Source: Neocallimastix sp. 'constans' (lineage: Eukaryota). From it: a stretch of 64,000 nucleotides of DNA. Below, one piece after another: positions 38,222-51,645 of the stretch (positions are counted from its first letter, which is position 1; each line of letters starts with the position of its first letter). The stretch is taken from positions 124,001 to 188,000 of the forward strand of contig JBODTK010000151.1 of NCBI GenBank assembly GCA_050613775.1, in the 5' to 3' direction. The notes below the pieces were generated by a model, which ran no database searches, was not told the DNA's origin, and saw nothing but the letters and a program-made list of their open reading frames with translations. Made by a program: the position numbers and the translations under genes.

Positions 38222-38480
38222 CATTAAAAACATGTTATATGAAATCTTCAAAACCAACTATCCTATTACTTTATAGATGGACAATAAAGATAGCCAAAGA
38301 ATAATTAAGAATGGAGAAATTAATTAAAAATTAAAGCATAAGAATATCAGAATTCATTTTATAATAGACAATATTTTTATTAACTGACCCACTTACAAAG
38401 AATTTACTAGAAACAAAAATGTCTGAATTTACAAATAAGATATTCATAAAAAATATCTAACTTAGGGGAGTGTAAACAAA
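38222..38480 (+). mobile_element. Degenerate copia RNase H end, PPT and start of an LTR
   Basis: IKNMLYEIFKTNYPITL*MDNKDSQRIIKNGEIN*KLKH and LTDPLTKNL..TKMSEFTNKIF align with the C-terminus of the intact copia ORF. AGGGGAG at 38464-38470 is followed by TG. Confidence 0.8.
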
Positions 38481-38924
38481 CATACATCTTTATTACTTTT
38501 CTACTATATTTCTATTGCATACGTTTTTGTATTATCAAGTAGTATATATGTGACTTCTATGTTACACAAGACTTTGTGTTAAAATCTTTTTCTCTGTATA
38601 ATTATATTCTTTTCATATCTTATTTGGTAACACGTAAATTACTATTAGTTACTTATATATACGTACTACTTTATTTCAGTAAAGTTAAAAATTATTATTG
38701 ATATATGTTGCTTTATTTACTTAATATAATAATACGTAATTATTATGATTAAGAATGAGAGCTTTTGTTATATATATACATGTTACACAAAATATTTAAA
38801 ATGATTGCTAACATAAATTTATATAATATAAAAAAATGAATTAACTAGTTTTAAATAAAACACAAATACACTTTAATAAATTACATAATAAATAAATGTA
38901 TAATATCAATAAATATATAGTTTA

Positions 38925-39191
<267 letters not shown>

Positions 39192-40022
39192 TATATACAT
39201 ATATTTTTTTATCGGAATTTGCTTATTTATTATATGTTTCAATATTGAGAACTTTAATTGAATTTATTATCTATAGTTAATTCTTCTGAATTAGATTCAT
39301 AATTAACATTTTCTGCTTTTTATATGGAATAGTTTCAGCTCAGCATTTTCAACCATTATTACTTGTTGTTCATAATTTAAAATCGTTTTCTTCCTTTTTT
39401 TTTTTTTTCCATATTTTATTTTTTTATCGACATCTAATTTAGCTTCATTTTCTTTTTGTTAAACTTTGTATTAATTATCATGAACTTGAAGTTACTAATG
39501 ATGCAGTATTGGATTGTAATGGATTAGTAAGTACAGTAATTGAAAAACTTGATCTAAATGCTAAAGGTTCTGATATTATTGGAATTACATTACATATAGT
39601 ATTCGTATATATATTAGTGATTCGTTAAAGTTTAGTGATACTGGACTAGTATATAATGCTTTATATTTTTTTGTATAACTGTGATAATTATTAGTTATTA
39701 AGGATTATATTCCCTACATATCTATTATATCTATTACTTGGACCTGCAATTGGAGTATTTATTGGTGTAGATTCTTGTGGTGGGTATTTGGGAAGATTTA
39801 AATTATTTACATAATTTTAATAAATATTTGAATTTTATAGTTTCACCTACTACGGTAGGTGAAACTATTGATAAAAAATGAAAAATATTTATTAACTATA
39901 ATCATTTTTTAATTGTTATCTCTATTATATATTGAAATATCCTTTTTAAATATATGGAATAAATATATAACTCATTATATTTAAGTTAATTTTTTTAAAT
40001 AATAGTTTTTTTAAATAAATAA

Positions 40023-40073
<51 letters not shown>

Positions 40074-40233
40074 TTTTTTATTTATATATTGAATAGTCTA
40101 ATTCATTATTAAATTTAATAAATAACCCTGTAATACTCCACCAAAAAAAAAAAAAAAAAAAAATTATATTGAATAGTTAAAAAATAATAATTTATTTATG
40201 GCTAAAATAAAAAAAAAATTCCTTTCAATTATA

Positions 40234-40613
40234 TTCATTTAATATATTTACGATGGAATTACTAACATTTAGATGCATATCATATGTCCATGTAGATATA
40301 TATTCAACTTAAGTAATGTAGATATATTCTACTAAATTGCAATCATTCTGCCAAGTGAGATAGTACATATCTCATTGGGTAAGGTTATATTGGCCTCGCT
40401 TCAAAATGAAGTTAGGAACTGGAGAAACACCCAAGAAAAAATGTACTAGAAAATTCTCAGCAATAATATGCATGTCAGAGCACCAATATTGAATGCTCAG
40501 TTAGGCCGTCCAGCAAGGACATTATCTGCCTATGCAAAGTGTTGTGACAACCTCAATATTCCCACTGCCCTTGAGGAAGGCTGAAACTAAGGGTGGTACA
40601 CACAAGAAATGAG

Positions 40614-40649
<36 letters not shown>
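40234..40649 (+). mobile_element. SINE copy C (5'-truncated, long poly-A tail)
   Basis: Shares GGTTATATTGGCCTCGCTTCAAA, AATAATATGCATGTCAGAGC and GGCTGAAACTAAGGGTGGTACAC with copies A, B and D. Lacks the tRNA head. Confidence 0.8.
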
Positions 40650-40656
<7 letters not shown>

Positions 40657-41073
40657 TATATATATATATATATTTAAAAAGATTCCATTTAAAAGATATT
40701 TAAAAAGTTTACGAAAAAATAAAAAAAAAAAAAAAAATAACGAAACTCATTGATATTATAGGAAAAAAAAAATATTAAATTATTAAAATAGCTTTATGAA
40801 GTTTTAAAAAATCTAAAAAAATTATTCATTCTTATTATATTTCTATTTAGTTATTGATTTAAAATATACTGACACAATAAAACATTATAATACTAATGAT
40901 AGTTTATATACATAAACTATCACTAATATAATTATAAACAGTTATATGTATATAATTATTCAGAACAAAAAAGTAATAATAATAATAATAAATTAAAATA
41001 TATATTATTTTATATTTTATTTTTTCTTTACATATATATATATAAATGGAGGGGTATATCACATTAATTAATT

Positions 41074-42014
41074 TTAATGAATATTCATATGAGAAAGAAT
41101 CATATCAAGTTTGGACTCAATCCTATCCATTCTTTCATTTATTTTTTCTAAATATGTCATAATTTTAGCTTCTTTATCTGTTTCTACAGTATTCTCCTTT
41201 TTTTTGTTTTCAATTTCTTTATTATCTTTAATAATAGTTTCAGCTTTATTTTCAATATCTATCATTCTATAAAGTAAAACATAATTTTGTTATGGGTTAA
41301 TAATTTATGAATTTTAAATATACTCATATATATATATTAATATTTATTATTTTTGTTATATACTTTTGTGTATTTAAACTAGGTAAAGAATTTCCAAAAG
41401 GAAAGAATGATGATGGATTTATGTTATTTGGATTGAAATTTCCATTTAATGAATTTAACATTTTTGAACTTGATTCGATATTATTTAACATATTTTTTGC
41501 ATCATCTGAAATATTAATACCGGATAACATTTCCCGTACATTATTAAAATCTATAGAAATATCATCTTGTGAAACTTTTTTAAATGAATTTTCATAAGTT
41601 AAATTAAAATTATAAATGAATATTGATTCTGCACCTGCTGATGATATAAACTTTTAAAATTTAATATTTTTATAATAATATTTAGGTAATAATAATAATA
41701 TCAATAAATAATTTAAGTAATTTAATTTAATTTATTATGATTATAGTAATAATAATAATAATAAATAAAATTTAAGTATTTATAAATACAAATAACAATA
41801 ACAATAATAATAAAAAGTTTATAATTAATAATAATAACATTAATAATAAATAATTATTATATTAATAAATTTTTTTATGTCATTTATTCTATAAATACAA
41901 AAGCTATTCTTAAGTATTATTATAATAACATATTTCAATAACTACCTTTACTTTAACAGACTTTGAATTTTTCTTTGTTATAAATTTAAAATCATGAACA
42001 TAATAGCATCTTTC

Positions 42015-42058
<44 letters not shown>

Positions 42059-42358
42059 TATATGTATATTCAATGGTTTAATTCAATTTAAAATTAAGTA
42101 ATAAATAAATGAAAAGTAAATTTTAATTTTAATATTCTTACAAAGACTCAATATTAATTTGTTCGCCTCTTATTGTTTTTATATATTCTTCATTTTCATA
42201 TATTTCAATATTTCTTATATTACTTTGAATATATAAATGTTTTGGAACAAAATATTTTTCATCTTTTACTTCAATTATTGGTTTCTGTTTATCAAGTGGT
42301 AAATTTAAAACAATTTTATTGATTGGAAATTTCGAATCTTAAAATATATATATATATA

Positions 42359-42406
<48 letters not shown>

Positions 42407-42563
42407 TAATGGAAAAAATTAATATAATGGAAAAAATTAACACTGTATTACAAAACCTACTTTGAAATTCGCTATTATTCTTTAAAAATATTGATTCAAT
42501 AACTTCTTCTGAACATTGTGAAAATGTACAATTCGTATTTATATTATTAATTATTTTATTCAT
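41074..42563 (-). CDS. Five-exon gene, 280 aa, PAAT/C10orf88-like (product tentative)
   Basis: Exons 42563-42461, 42337-42142, 42009-41946, 41650-41364 and 41266-41074, all with GT-AG introns and phase-consistent (843 nt). Motifs QSNIRNIEIYENEEYIKTIRG, VKVKFIS, IDFNNVREML..ISDDAKNML and a C-terminal coiled coil recall PAAT. Confidence 0.7.
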
Positions 42564-43079
42564 TTTTTAAAAATATTTTGAAGCAATAAAAACTATTAAT
42601 ATTATTAATTATTATTACTTATAAATTTTATTATTAATTATTTATTTTATTAATTTAATATATTAAATATATTTTTTAATACATTTAAGATTTTTCTTTA
42701 ATGTTTTAACTTTATTGTAGTATCCATTTATTATATTTATTATAAAAATTTAATATAAAAAATAAATGTATGGACTTTATATATATTTATTCTTATAATT
42801 ATATATAAAGTTCATATATTAAAAATTATTCATGTTCATAAAAATAAATAAAATACAATTATATATTTTTATTTTTATATTTTTATAAATTGTTTGATTG
42901 TAATAATAATTACATTAAGTTAAATAAAATATAAACATATATATATATATTTTTAAATTTTACATTTTAAATAATTAAATAATGACAATTATGACTATCA
43001 ACACTCCTATTATAATCTCTATTACTAATAAAACTAATATTTTTATATCTCTAATTATCTCATTTTTAAGGATTTAAAG

Positions 43080-43132
<53 letters not shown>

Positions 43133-43199
43133 TTAATACTAGTTTATGTATATGAAAAATATTTTTATATTATATTTTATTTTTCTCCTTATATAACTT

Positions 43200-46100
43200 C
43201 TATTCTTGGATAACACTTAATTGACCCTTCCATTTCTTAATATTACTTTCCCAATTATCAGTCAACTGTCTTCTACGATCCTTTTCATAATCTGCCCATT
43301 TTCTTAATGGCACTTGCTTAATATCAAATATTTCTTCCTTTTCAGTTGTACCATGACCTGAACCATCATCACCTTGTACTTTTCTTGTTTCACCCCAACT
43401 GAAATCATCAAAGTGCCAGTAGGCATATGTTGGCAAAACAAAATTCCAAATTGGTAAAGCACATAAATAAATTAACATCCAAGCAATGTAAACCACTCTT
43501 CTACTAGTTATAGCAACTAATACTGCAGGTAAACCTAAAATACATGCTAGCATAACTAATGGAATAACAGGAACAGTTGGACCTGTAAAAGCTACAATAA
43601 GTAAAATGCTATAATTTATAAATATAAAAAAAATTGATAGATTTATAATAAATTATAAAGGTTAATTATTTTATAATTATTAATTAATTAATTTTAATTT
43701 TTTATTTCTAATTTTTTTTTTTTTTTTTTATTTTTTGAAAATATATATATATATTTTTTTTTATTTTATTATATTTTAAGTTTTAGGTTATTATTTTTTT
43801 ACACTTACAAAGTAAATATAATAGCAGCAGGTAAAGTTAAAGTACCGAATAATTCTAAAGCGATAACAAATTGCATAGAGAAACAGAAAATACCACATAA
43901 TTGTCTAACGAAAACAAGTTCAAATAAATTGTGAATAGTACTATTAATCCATCTTCTTCTTTGACTAAGTAATACAGGGAAGGTATCAGGAACCATAGTT
44001 TTACAGTAAGCTTTTGGAACAAACATAAGTTTACGAGATGGGAAAGTCTTAAGCATAAGAGTAGTTAAAAAACGATCTTCACCAAGGAATAATAAATTCT
44101 TTTCATGTAAAGTTTCGACAACATTTTGAGAATAATCTTGAATAATATTTGGATGAGAAATAATTGGTTGCCAGAATCCATCTTCTAATGGTGCTTTAAT
44201 TCTATACATACAGAAACAACCTGGTAAACAGGTAACACCACCAAAAATGGATTCGAAAGCTTTACTCATATGATGAGAAATGTAATATTCAAAGACTTGA
44301 ATTTTTGTAACCCAAGAATCAGATTTATTAGAAATTCTTGTTTCACCACAAAGACCCATAATCATTGGATCATCAACCATTGCAGCAACTAATCTAGCAA
44401 GTGAATCCGGTGCAACCTTAGTATCTGCATCTACCATCAATATAATTTCAAAAAGATCTGGAGTAATACCCATTAAAGTATGAATTTTTGTAAAGAGATC
44501 AAATTCTAAAGGTACCATTGGATCGTTAAAAAGAACTTTTTGGAAGAAATTCATAACAATAATTTGTGAATCACGTTTACCTCTATTACCTGGTTTAGCG
44601 GCTTTTTTTTCACTTTCAGTACCACATTTAACAACAACAACAATAGGTGTATTATTGAACCAACCAACATAGACTTGTGCTTTATTATGTCTCTTGGAAC
44701 CGTCCGCAATAGCAATATAACTTTGAGGGACTGGAACGGGAGGGAAACGCTTATCCAGAGTAATCATATCAATAATAATTTCTGGAGTGGTCTTTGTATT
44801 ACCTTCACCCTTAATTAAACCATCAGCAACAACGAATAAAAGTTTATAGTTATTATCATACATAGTTTTAGATAAAGATTCCAAAGTTGTCCTAATACCG
44901 GATTCATTTTCAGAGTAACAGGTAACTAAAAGTATTGTATAAATATCACCGTATTCATCCATAAATATGTTAGATTGAGCATCTACACCAGAAGCAATCG
45001 ATTGTGTTTCATTAATATTTTCAATACGATTAAAATCTTTACCAAAGGTAAATGGATTCTCTAAGTCTTCCCAAGATGTAGATCTAACAAAACCACGGCT
45101 ATCAGTTTTCTTCTTTTCTAATTTACCTAGACGATGAGAAATAAGCCAACTGAAGATAACAGCTAAAACGAATTTTGTTAAAACATATAAAAGAATAACA
45201 AAGACAGATGTATTCATAGCTGTTGTCGCGAAGAAACAACCAGAATTTTGATGATCTAACTGACCAATAGAGAAAAGTTCCGAAATACATTGAGAAGCAT
45301 CAATACCATCTTCTGTTTGGTAGAATTTACGAGTAGCATCACGTTGGGTATATGAATTTAAAAGATGTGATATTTGTTTACCCATGAACTTAGTTGAAGA
45401 TTTCATGTATTCGGTAATATCTGCAACTTTGCCATTGATTAAAATACGATTACCAGATTTTATTTCATCCCAGTCATAGGTGACATGACCAAGGAATTTC
45501 ATTGTTTTTTGAATAGTAAAGCAATGATTTAGTAATGAAGATTTATTACTCCATGAAACAATACATGGATAGGTTGGAAGAGAAATTTTATTTTTTTTAG
45601 CAATTTCAACACAAGATTGAGGGTAAGTTTTGGTATCTTGATTTCTGAAAAGAGGGGAAGCATCTTTACCAGTATAATTTGCAAATACTTCAGGAGCGTA
45701 AATATCACCACCTTTTTGTATAAAATCGGTTAAATCATATAAATCACCATTGATAATAAATATATGGGGTTTATAATCAGAAGTATATTTCGATACTTCA
45801 CTAACTGTGAATGTTGGAATTGGATCCTTTTTACAAAAAGTTGCTGTAAAGGAATAGGTGAAGAAACCAAGTAAAACACATAGTAAAAAAATTAAAAGAC
45901 AAAGAGTAACTTTTTCTCTCCAAGCTTTTTGAACCATAGGTGAAGTCATACCACCATATTTTTTAAGCATAAAGGAAGGAATCCAACAAGTCATTATAGC
46001 TGTAGTTAAAGACCACCAACCCATACCGAAACAGCAATTATCCTCAGGTTTGCCTTCACGATTTTCATATTGAGTAGAAATTTGTGGTTTATCAAGAACA

Positions 46101-46612
46101 ACTTGCTTTCCTATGAAAAGATTAGGATCTTTTGATAAACTTTTAACATTATAAGAGGTATGACGACGAATACGGCTTAAAGATCTATTAACAATACGAA
46201 TTTCTTTATCATTAATATTATCACTCACGGTAAGAAGGGCATGAGGATTGTATTCATCATCTAAACTATTTGTACTATTATCACCAAAGAACCTTCGACT
46301 TGAATTTCTTGGTGGTGCAGTAGGATGAACATGGACATGAACATTTGCTTGTTTCTGCTTTTCTTCAGGAAGAAATTCATTATCACCATTACTTAAGCAA
46401 TATTCATTATGCATTTCAATATCCTTAGGTGAAAGGGCATACGGTGATTTATAGGGTTCATTGAATTTAACATCTCCTTCACTCAATATTTCCGTAGATA
46501 ACGGAATTCTTGATTTCGCCTCACTATCATCTGTAATTACAACCTTTAATCTATCGTCCTTTGTATTAATAGGTGTATCAGGTGTATCCGGTTTATCGTC
46601 TAGATTGCTCAT
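43200..46612 (-). CDS. Chitin synthase, division 2, class IV (Chs3-like), 2 exons, 1070 aa
   Basis: Exons 46612-43809 and 43608-43200 with a 200-bp GTAAGT...TAG intron in phase. Motifs AWREKV, a cytochrome b5-like region, [45 protein letters not shown] and [12 protein letters not shown]. No myosin domain. Confidence 0.95.
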
Positions 46613-47705
46613 TTATAATAAATTTTTTTCAAATTTTATTTATGCAATTTTTAAATTTATTTTTTTTTTGTAAAGTTTTTAAATGATTATTATAAATATA
46701 AACTTTGTTGTTTAAAATTATTTTTAAATGATTAATTTGAATATTGTAATTTTGAAATTTCTTTCTTCTTTTTTTTTTTTCTTAATTTATATATATATAT
46801 AATTTATAATTTATATATATATAATTTATAAATACAATAATAGTTATTAATTATTAATATAAGATAATAAAAAAAAAAATATATATATATATATATATAA
46901 ATGAATAAGAAAGAATAAAAAATATTTATTATTAATATATATAGTTTTTTCTACTACACCTATTTATATGTGTATATATATAAGTATTTTTTCTATATTT
47001 CTTATTTTAGAAATAAATATGTATGGTATTTCTGATAGTATTTTTATTATTATGTAATTAATTCGTTTAAAACTGAATAATCAATATTGTAATATTGTGT
47101 ATGATTATTATTAAAATAATATGTATATATATATAATATTAGGTCAGTTATAATTATATATAAAAAATTAATTATTTGATGATTGTAATCATCTTTAATT
47201 ATTTTTCTAATATTTATATATTTTTAAATGTAATATTATTAAAACTATAATTTATTCCATATATATTTAAGAATTATTGTTATTTACAATTTAATGATAT
47301 CTTCTAATTTTTAAAATATTATAATAATTTGGAGTGATTTAATTGAATCTATTTAATATTCCAATTTTTTTATTTCATTAAATTTTTTATCGATTTAAAG
47401 TATACAGTAATAATATAATAATATTGATAATAATAATAATAATAATAAACTTGTTAAACAATTACAATTTAATAAAGAGATTGGAATGAATAGAATTAGT
47501 TTATCATATAAAATAATGATAAAAATTTAATAAAATAAAAAAAAATTATAAAATATTCAATGAAATATTAATAGAAGTATATTTTTATAAATTAAAATAT
47601 AATTAAGACTTAACTTTAAACTTTAATCTATTTTAAACCAAAAAATAAATAATTAAAAAATGATGACCCTGAAATTAAAATGTACTAATATAATTTATGA
47701 TTTAT

Positions 47706-47762
<57 letters not shown>

Positions 47763-48299
47763 GTAATTTAATAGTAATAATAATAATAATAATTATAATA
47801 ACAATAATAATTTATGATATTAATATTATTTAAAAATTAATAATAAAGTAAGATGTAATGAATAATTATATAGAAAATAAATATATATAAAATATGAATT
47901 TGAATATTGTATAATAAACACTAATAAATATATATAAAGAAAAGAAAAAAATATTAATTATATAATAAATAATAAATAATAATATATAATTAATTATTAG
48001 AAAAAATTATTTTTTTAAAATTTAAATTATATAGTTTTAAATTTTTATTTTTAACTTTTATGTCAATTATTAAATTTATAAATATAAATATCAAAATATA
48101 ATACTTTAAATATTAATAATTCAATTTCATTGACATAATTGAAATTTCTCAAAATAATTTTTTTTATAGAAATATGAAATCTCAAAATTTACTAGCTATT
48201 TAAATAGTTTATAGTTTGAAAATTAAAAAATATTAATAATTAAAATTTGAAAAATTATAAAAATATCAATTTTATTAAATTAATTTTTTATATAATTTT

Positions 48300-50833
48300 A
48301 TATTTATTAATAAATACTCTTTCTATTATTATTTATTATTTATTAATAAATACTCTTTCTATTATTATTTATTATTTATTATTTATTAATAAATACTCTT
48401 TCTATTATTATTTATTATTTATTAATAAATACTCTTTCTATTATTATTTATTATTTATTATTTATTAATAAATACTCTTTCTATTATTATTTATTATTTA
48501 TTATTTATTAATAAATACTCTTTCTATTATTATTTATTATTTATTATTTATTAATAAAATACTCTTTCTATTATTATTTATTATTTATTATTTATTAATA
48601 AATACTCTTTCTATTATTATTTATTATTTATTATTTATTATTTATTAATAAATACTCTTTCTATTATTATTTATTATTTATTATTTATTATTTATTAATA
48701 AATACTCTTTCTATTATTATTTATTATTTATTATTTATTATTTATTAATAAATACTCTTTCTATTATTGTTTATTATTTATTATTTATTATTTATTAATA
48801 AATACTCTTTCTGTTATTATTTATTATTTATTATTTATTAATAAATACTCTTTCTATTATTATTTATTATTTATTATTTATTAATAAATACTCTTTCTAT
48901 TATTATTTATTATTTATTATTTATTAATAAAATACTCTTTCTATTATTATTTATTATTTATTATTTATTAATAAATACTCTTTCTATTATTATTTATTAT
49001 TTATTATTTATTAATAAAATACTCTTTCTATTATTATTTATTATTTATTATTTATTAATAAATACTCTTTCTATTATTATTTATTATTTATTATTTATTA
49101 ATAAATACTCTTTCTATTATTATTTATTATTTATTATTTATTATTTATTAATAAATACTCTTTCTATTATTGTTTATTATTTATTATTTATTATTTATTA
49201 ATAAATACTCTTTCTGTTATTATTTATTATTTATTATTTATTAATAAATACTCTTTCTATTATTATTTATTATTTATTATTTATTAATAAATACTCTTTC
49301 TATTATTATTTATTATTTATTATTTATTAATAAAATACTCTTTCTATTATTATTTATTATTTATTATTTATTAATAAATACTCTTTCTATTATTATTTAT
49401 TATTTATTATTTATTAATAAAATACTCTTTCTATTATTATTTATTATTTATTATTTATTAATAAATACTCTTTCTATTATTATTTATTATTTATTATTTA
49501 TTAATAAATACTCTTTCTATTATTGTTTATTATTTATTATTTATTATTTATTAATAAATACTCTTTCTATTATTATTTATTATTTATTATTTATTAATAA
49601 ATACTCTTTCTATTATTATTTATTATTTATTATTTATTAATAAATACTCTTTCTATTATTATTTATTATTTATTATTTATTAATAAACACTCTTTCTATT
49701 ATTATTTATTATTTATTATTTATTAATAAAATACTCTTTCTATTATTATTTATTATTTATTATTTATTAATAAACACTCTTTCTATTATTATTTATTATT
49801 TATTATTTATTAATAAAATACTCTTTCTATTATTATTTATTATTTATTATTTATTAATAAATACTCTTTCTATTATTATTTATTATTTATTATTTATTAA
49901 TAAAATACTCTTTCTATTATTATTTATTATTTATTATTTATTAATAAATACTCTTTCTATTATTATTTATTATTTATTATTTATTAATAAAATACTCTTT
50001 CTATTATTATTTATTATTTATTATTTATTAATAAATACTCTTTCTATTATTATTTATTATTTATTATTTATTATTTATTAATAAATACTCTTTCTATTAT
50101 TATTTATTATTTATTATTTATTATTTATTAATAAATACTCTTTCTATTATTATTTATTATTTATTATTTATTAATAAATACTCTTTCTATTATTATTTAT
50201 TATTTATTATTTATTAATAAATACTCTTTCTATTATTATTTATTATTTATTATTTATTAATAAATACTCTTTCTATTATTATTTATTATTTATTATTTAT
50301 TAATAAATACTCTTTCTATTATTATTTATTATTTATTATTTATTATTTATTAATAAATACTCTTTCTATTATTATTTATTATTTATTAATAAATACTCTT
50401 TCTATTATTATTTATTATTTATTAATAAATACTCTTTCTATTATTATTTATTATTTATTAATAAATACTCTTTCTATTATTATTTATTATTTATTATTTA
50501 TTAATAAATACTCTTTCTATTATTATTTATTATTTATTATTTATTAATAAATACTCTTTCTATTATTATTTATTATTTATTATTTATTAATAAATACTCT
50601 TTCTATTATTATTTATTATTTATTATTTATTATTTATTATTTATTATTATTTATTATTTATTATTTATTATTTATTATTATTATTTATTATTTATTATTT
50701 ATTATTTATTATTTATTATTTATTATTTATTATTTATTATTTATTATTTATTATTTATTATTTATTATTTATTATTTATTATTTATTATTTATTATTTAT
50801 TATTTATTATTTATTATTTATTATTTATTATTT
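48300..50833. repeat. Minisatellite array (31-46 bp units, roughly 55-60 copies) ending in a heptamer run
   Basis: Core AATAAATACTCTTTCTATTA separated by a variable number of TTATTTA heptamers. From about 50610 only heptamers remain. Confidence 0.95.
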
Positions 50834-51003
50834 ACTTGATAAATTATAAAATCTAGTTAACAATTAATAAAATTTATTATTTATATTAACATAAAATAAT
50901 AATTATTTCTACTGTAAATGGAAGATATTCAATAATTATCATTTAGATTATTATTATTAAAATTTTTGTTTTATATTTGTTATGTTACTATATTTGAATT
51001 TGA

Positions 51004-51645
51004 TTTTTTTTATTTCTGATGTGTACCGCCCTTGATTTTAGCCCCACCCATAAGAAGTAGTGGGAATATTGAGGTAGTCACACACTTCCATATAGACAAA
51101 TAATGATCCTGATGGACTGCCATAGTCAGTGTTCAGCATTGGCGCTTCAGCATGAATACTATTACTAAGTATTTTTCTCTTATATTTTTCTCTAAATGTT
51201 TCTCCAGTTCCTAACTTCCCTTTGAAGCTAGTATAGCATCCTAATTCCAGTATAACCTAACCATGAAGATACATACTAGTTCCCTTGGTAAATTATAAAC
51301 GACAGAAAGATTGAAATTTAGTAGAATATATCTATATCACCATGTCGAGTATATATCTATATAGATACATTAAATCATGTATCCAAATGCTAGTAGTTCC
51401 CTCGTAAAAATATTAAATGACAATACTTGCACAACCTCTCAGGTCCACAATTAGGACAGTATCCTGTTTATATTAATTTGGAAATTTTGAATAATAATAT
51501 TTATAAGGGAGATATATTTACCTGTAACCCTAACCATCTTATTCTGTAAAAATCTCTTGTGAGAAAAACCTGAAAAATGGTCATTGGGCAGGATCGAACC
51601 TTATATATGCTAGCCCACGGACTAACACCCAGGATAAAATTTGGT
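51004..51645 (-). mobile_element. tRNA-headed SINE, copy D (near full length)
   Basis: Minus strand ATCCTGGGTGTTAG...GGTTCGATCCTGCCCAATGACCA...AAGGGCGGTACACATCAGAAAT plus an A tail. Colinear with copy B. Confidence 0.8.

Noticed and set aside
39250..39810. Possible further pseudogene on the minus strand (NLPKYPPQESTPINTPIAGPS...)
   Set aside because: It has multiple stops, no TM segment and no recognisable homology, so it cannot be assigned.
48300..50610. CRISPR-like periodic array
   Set aside because: The intervening sequences are the same TTATTTA heptamers rather than unique spacers, there are no cas genes, and the context is eukaryotic.
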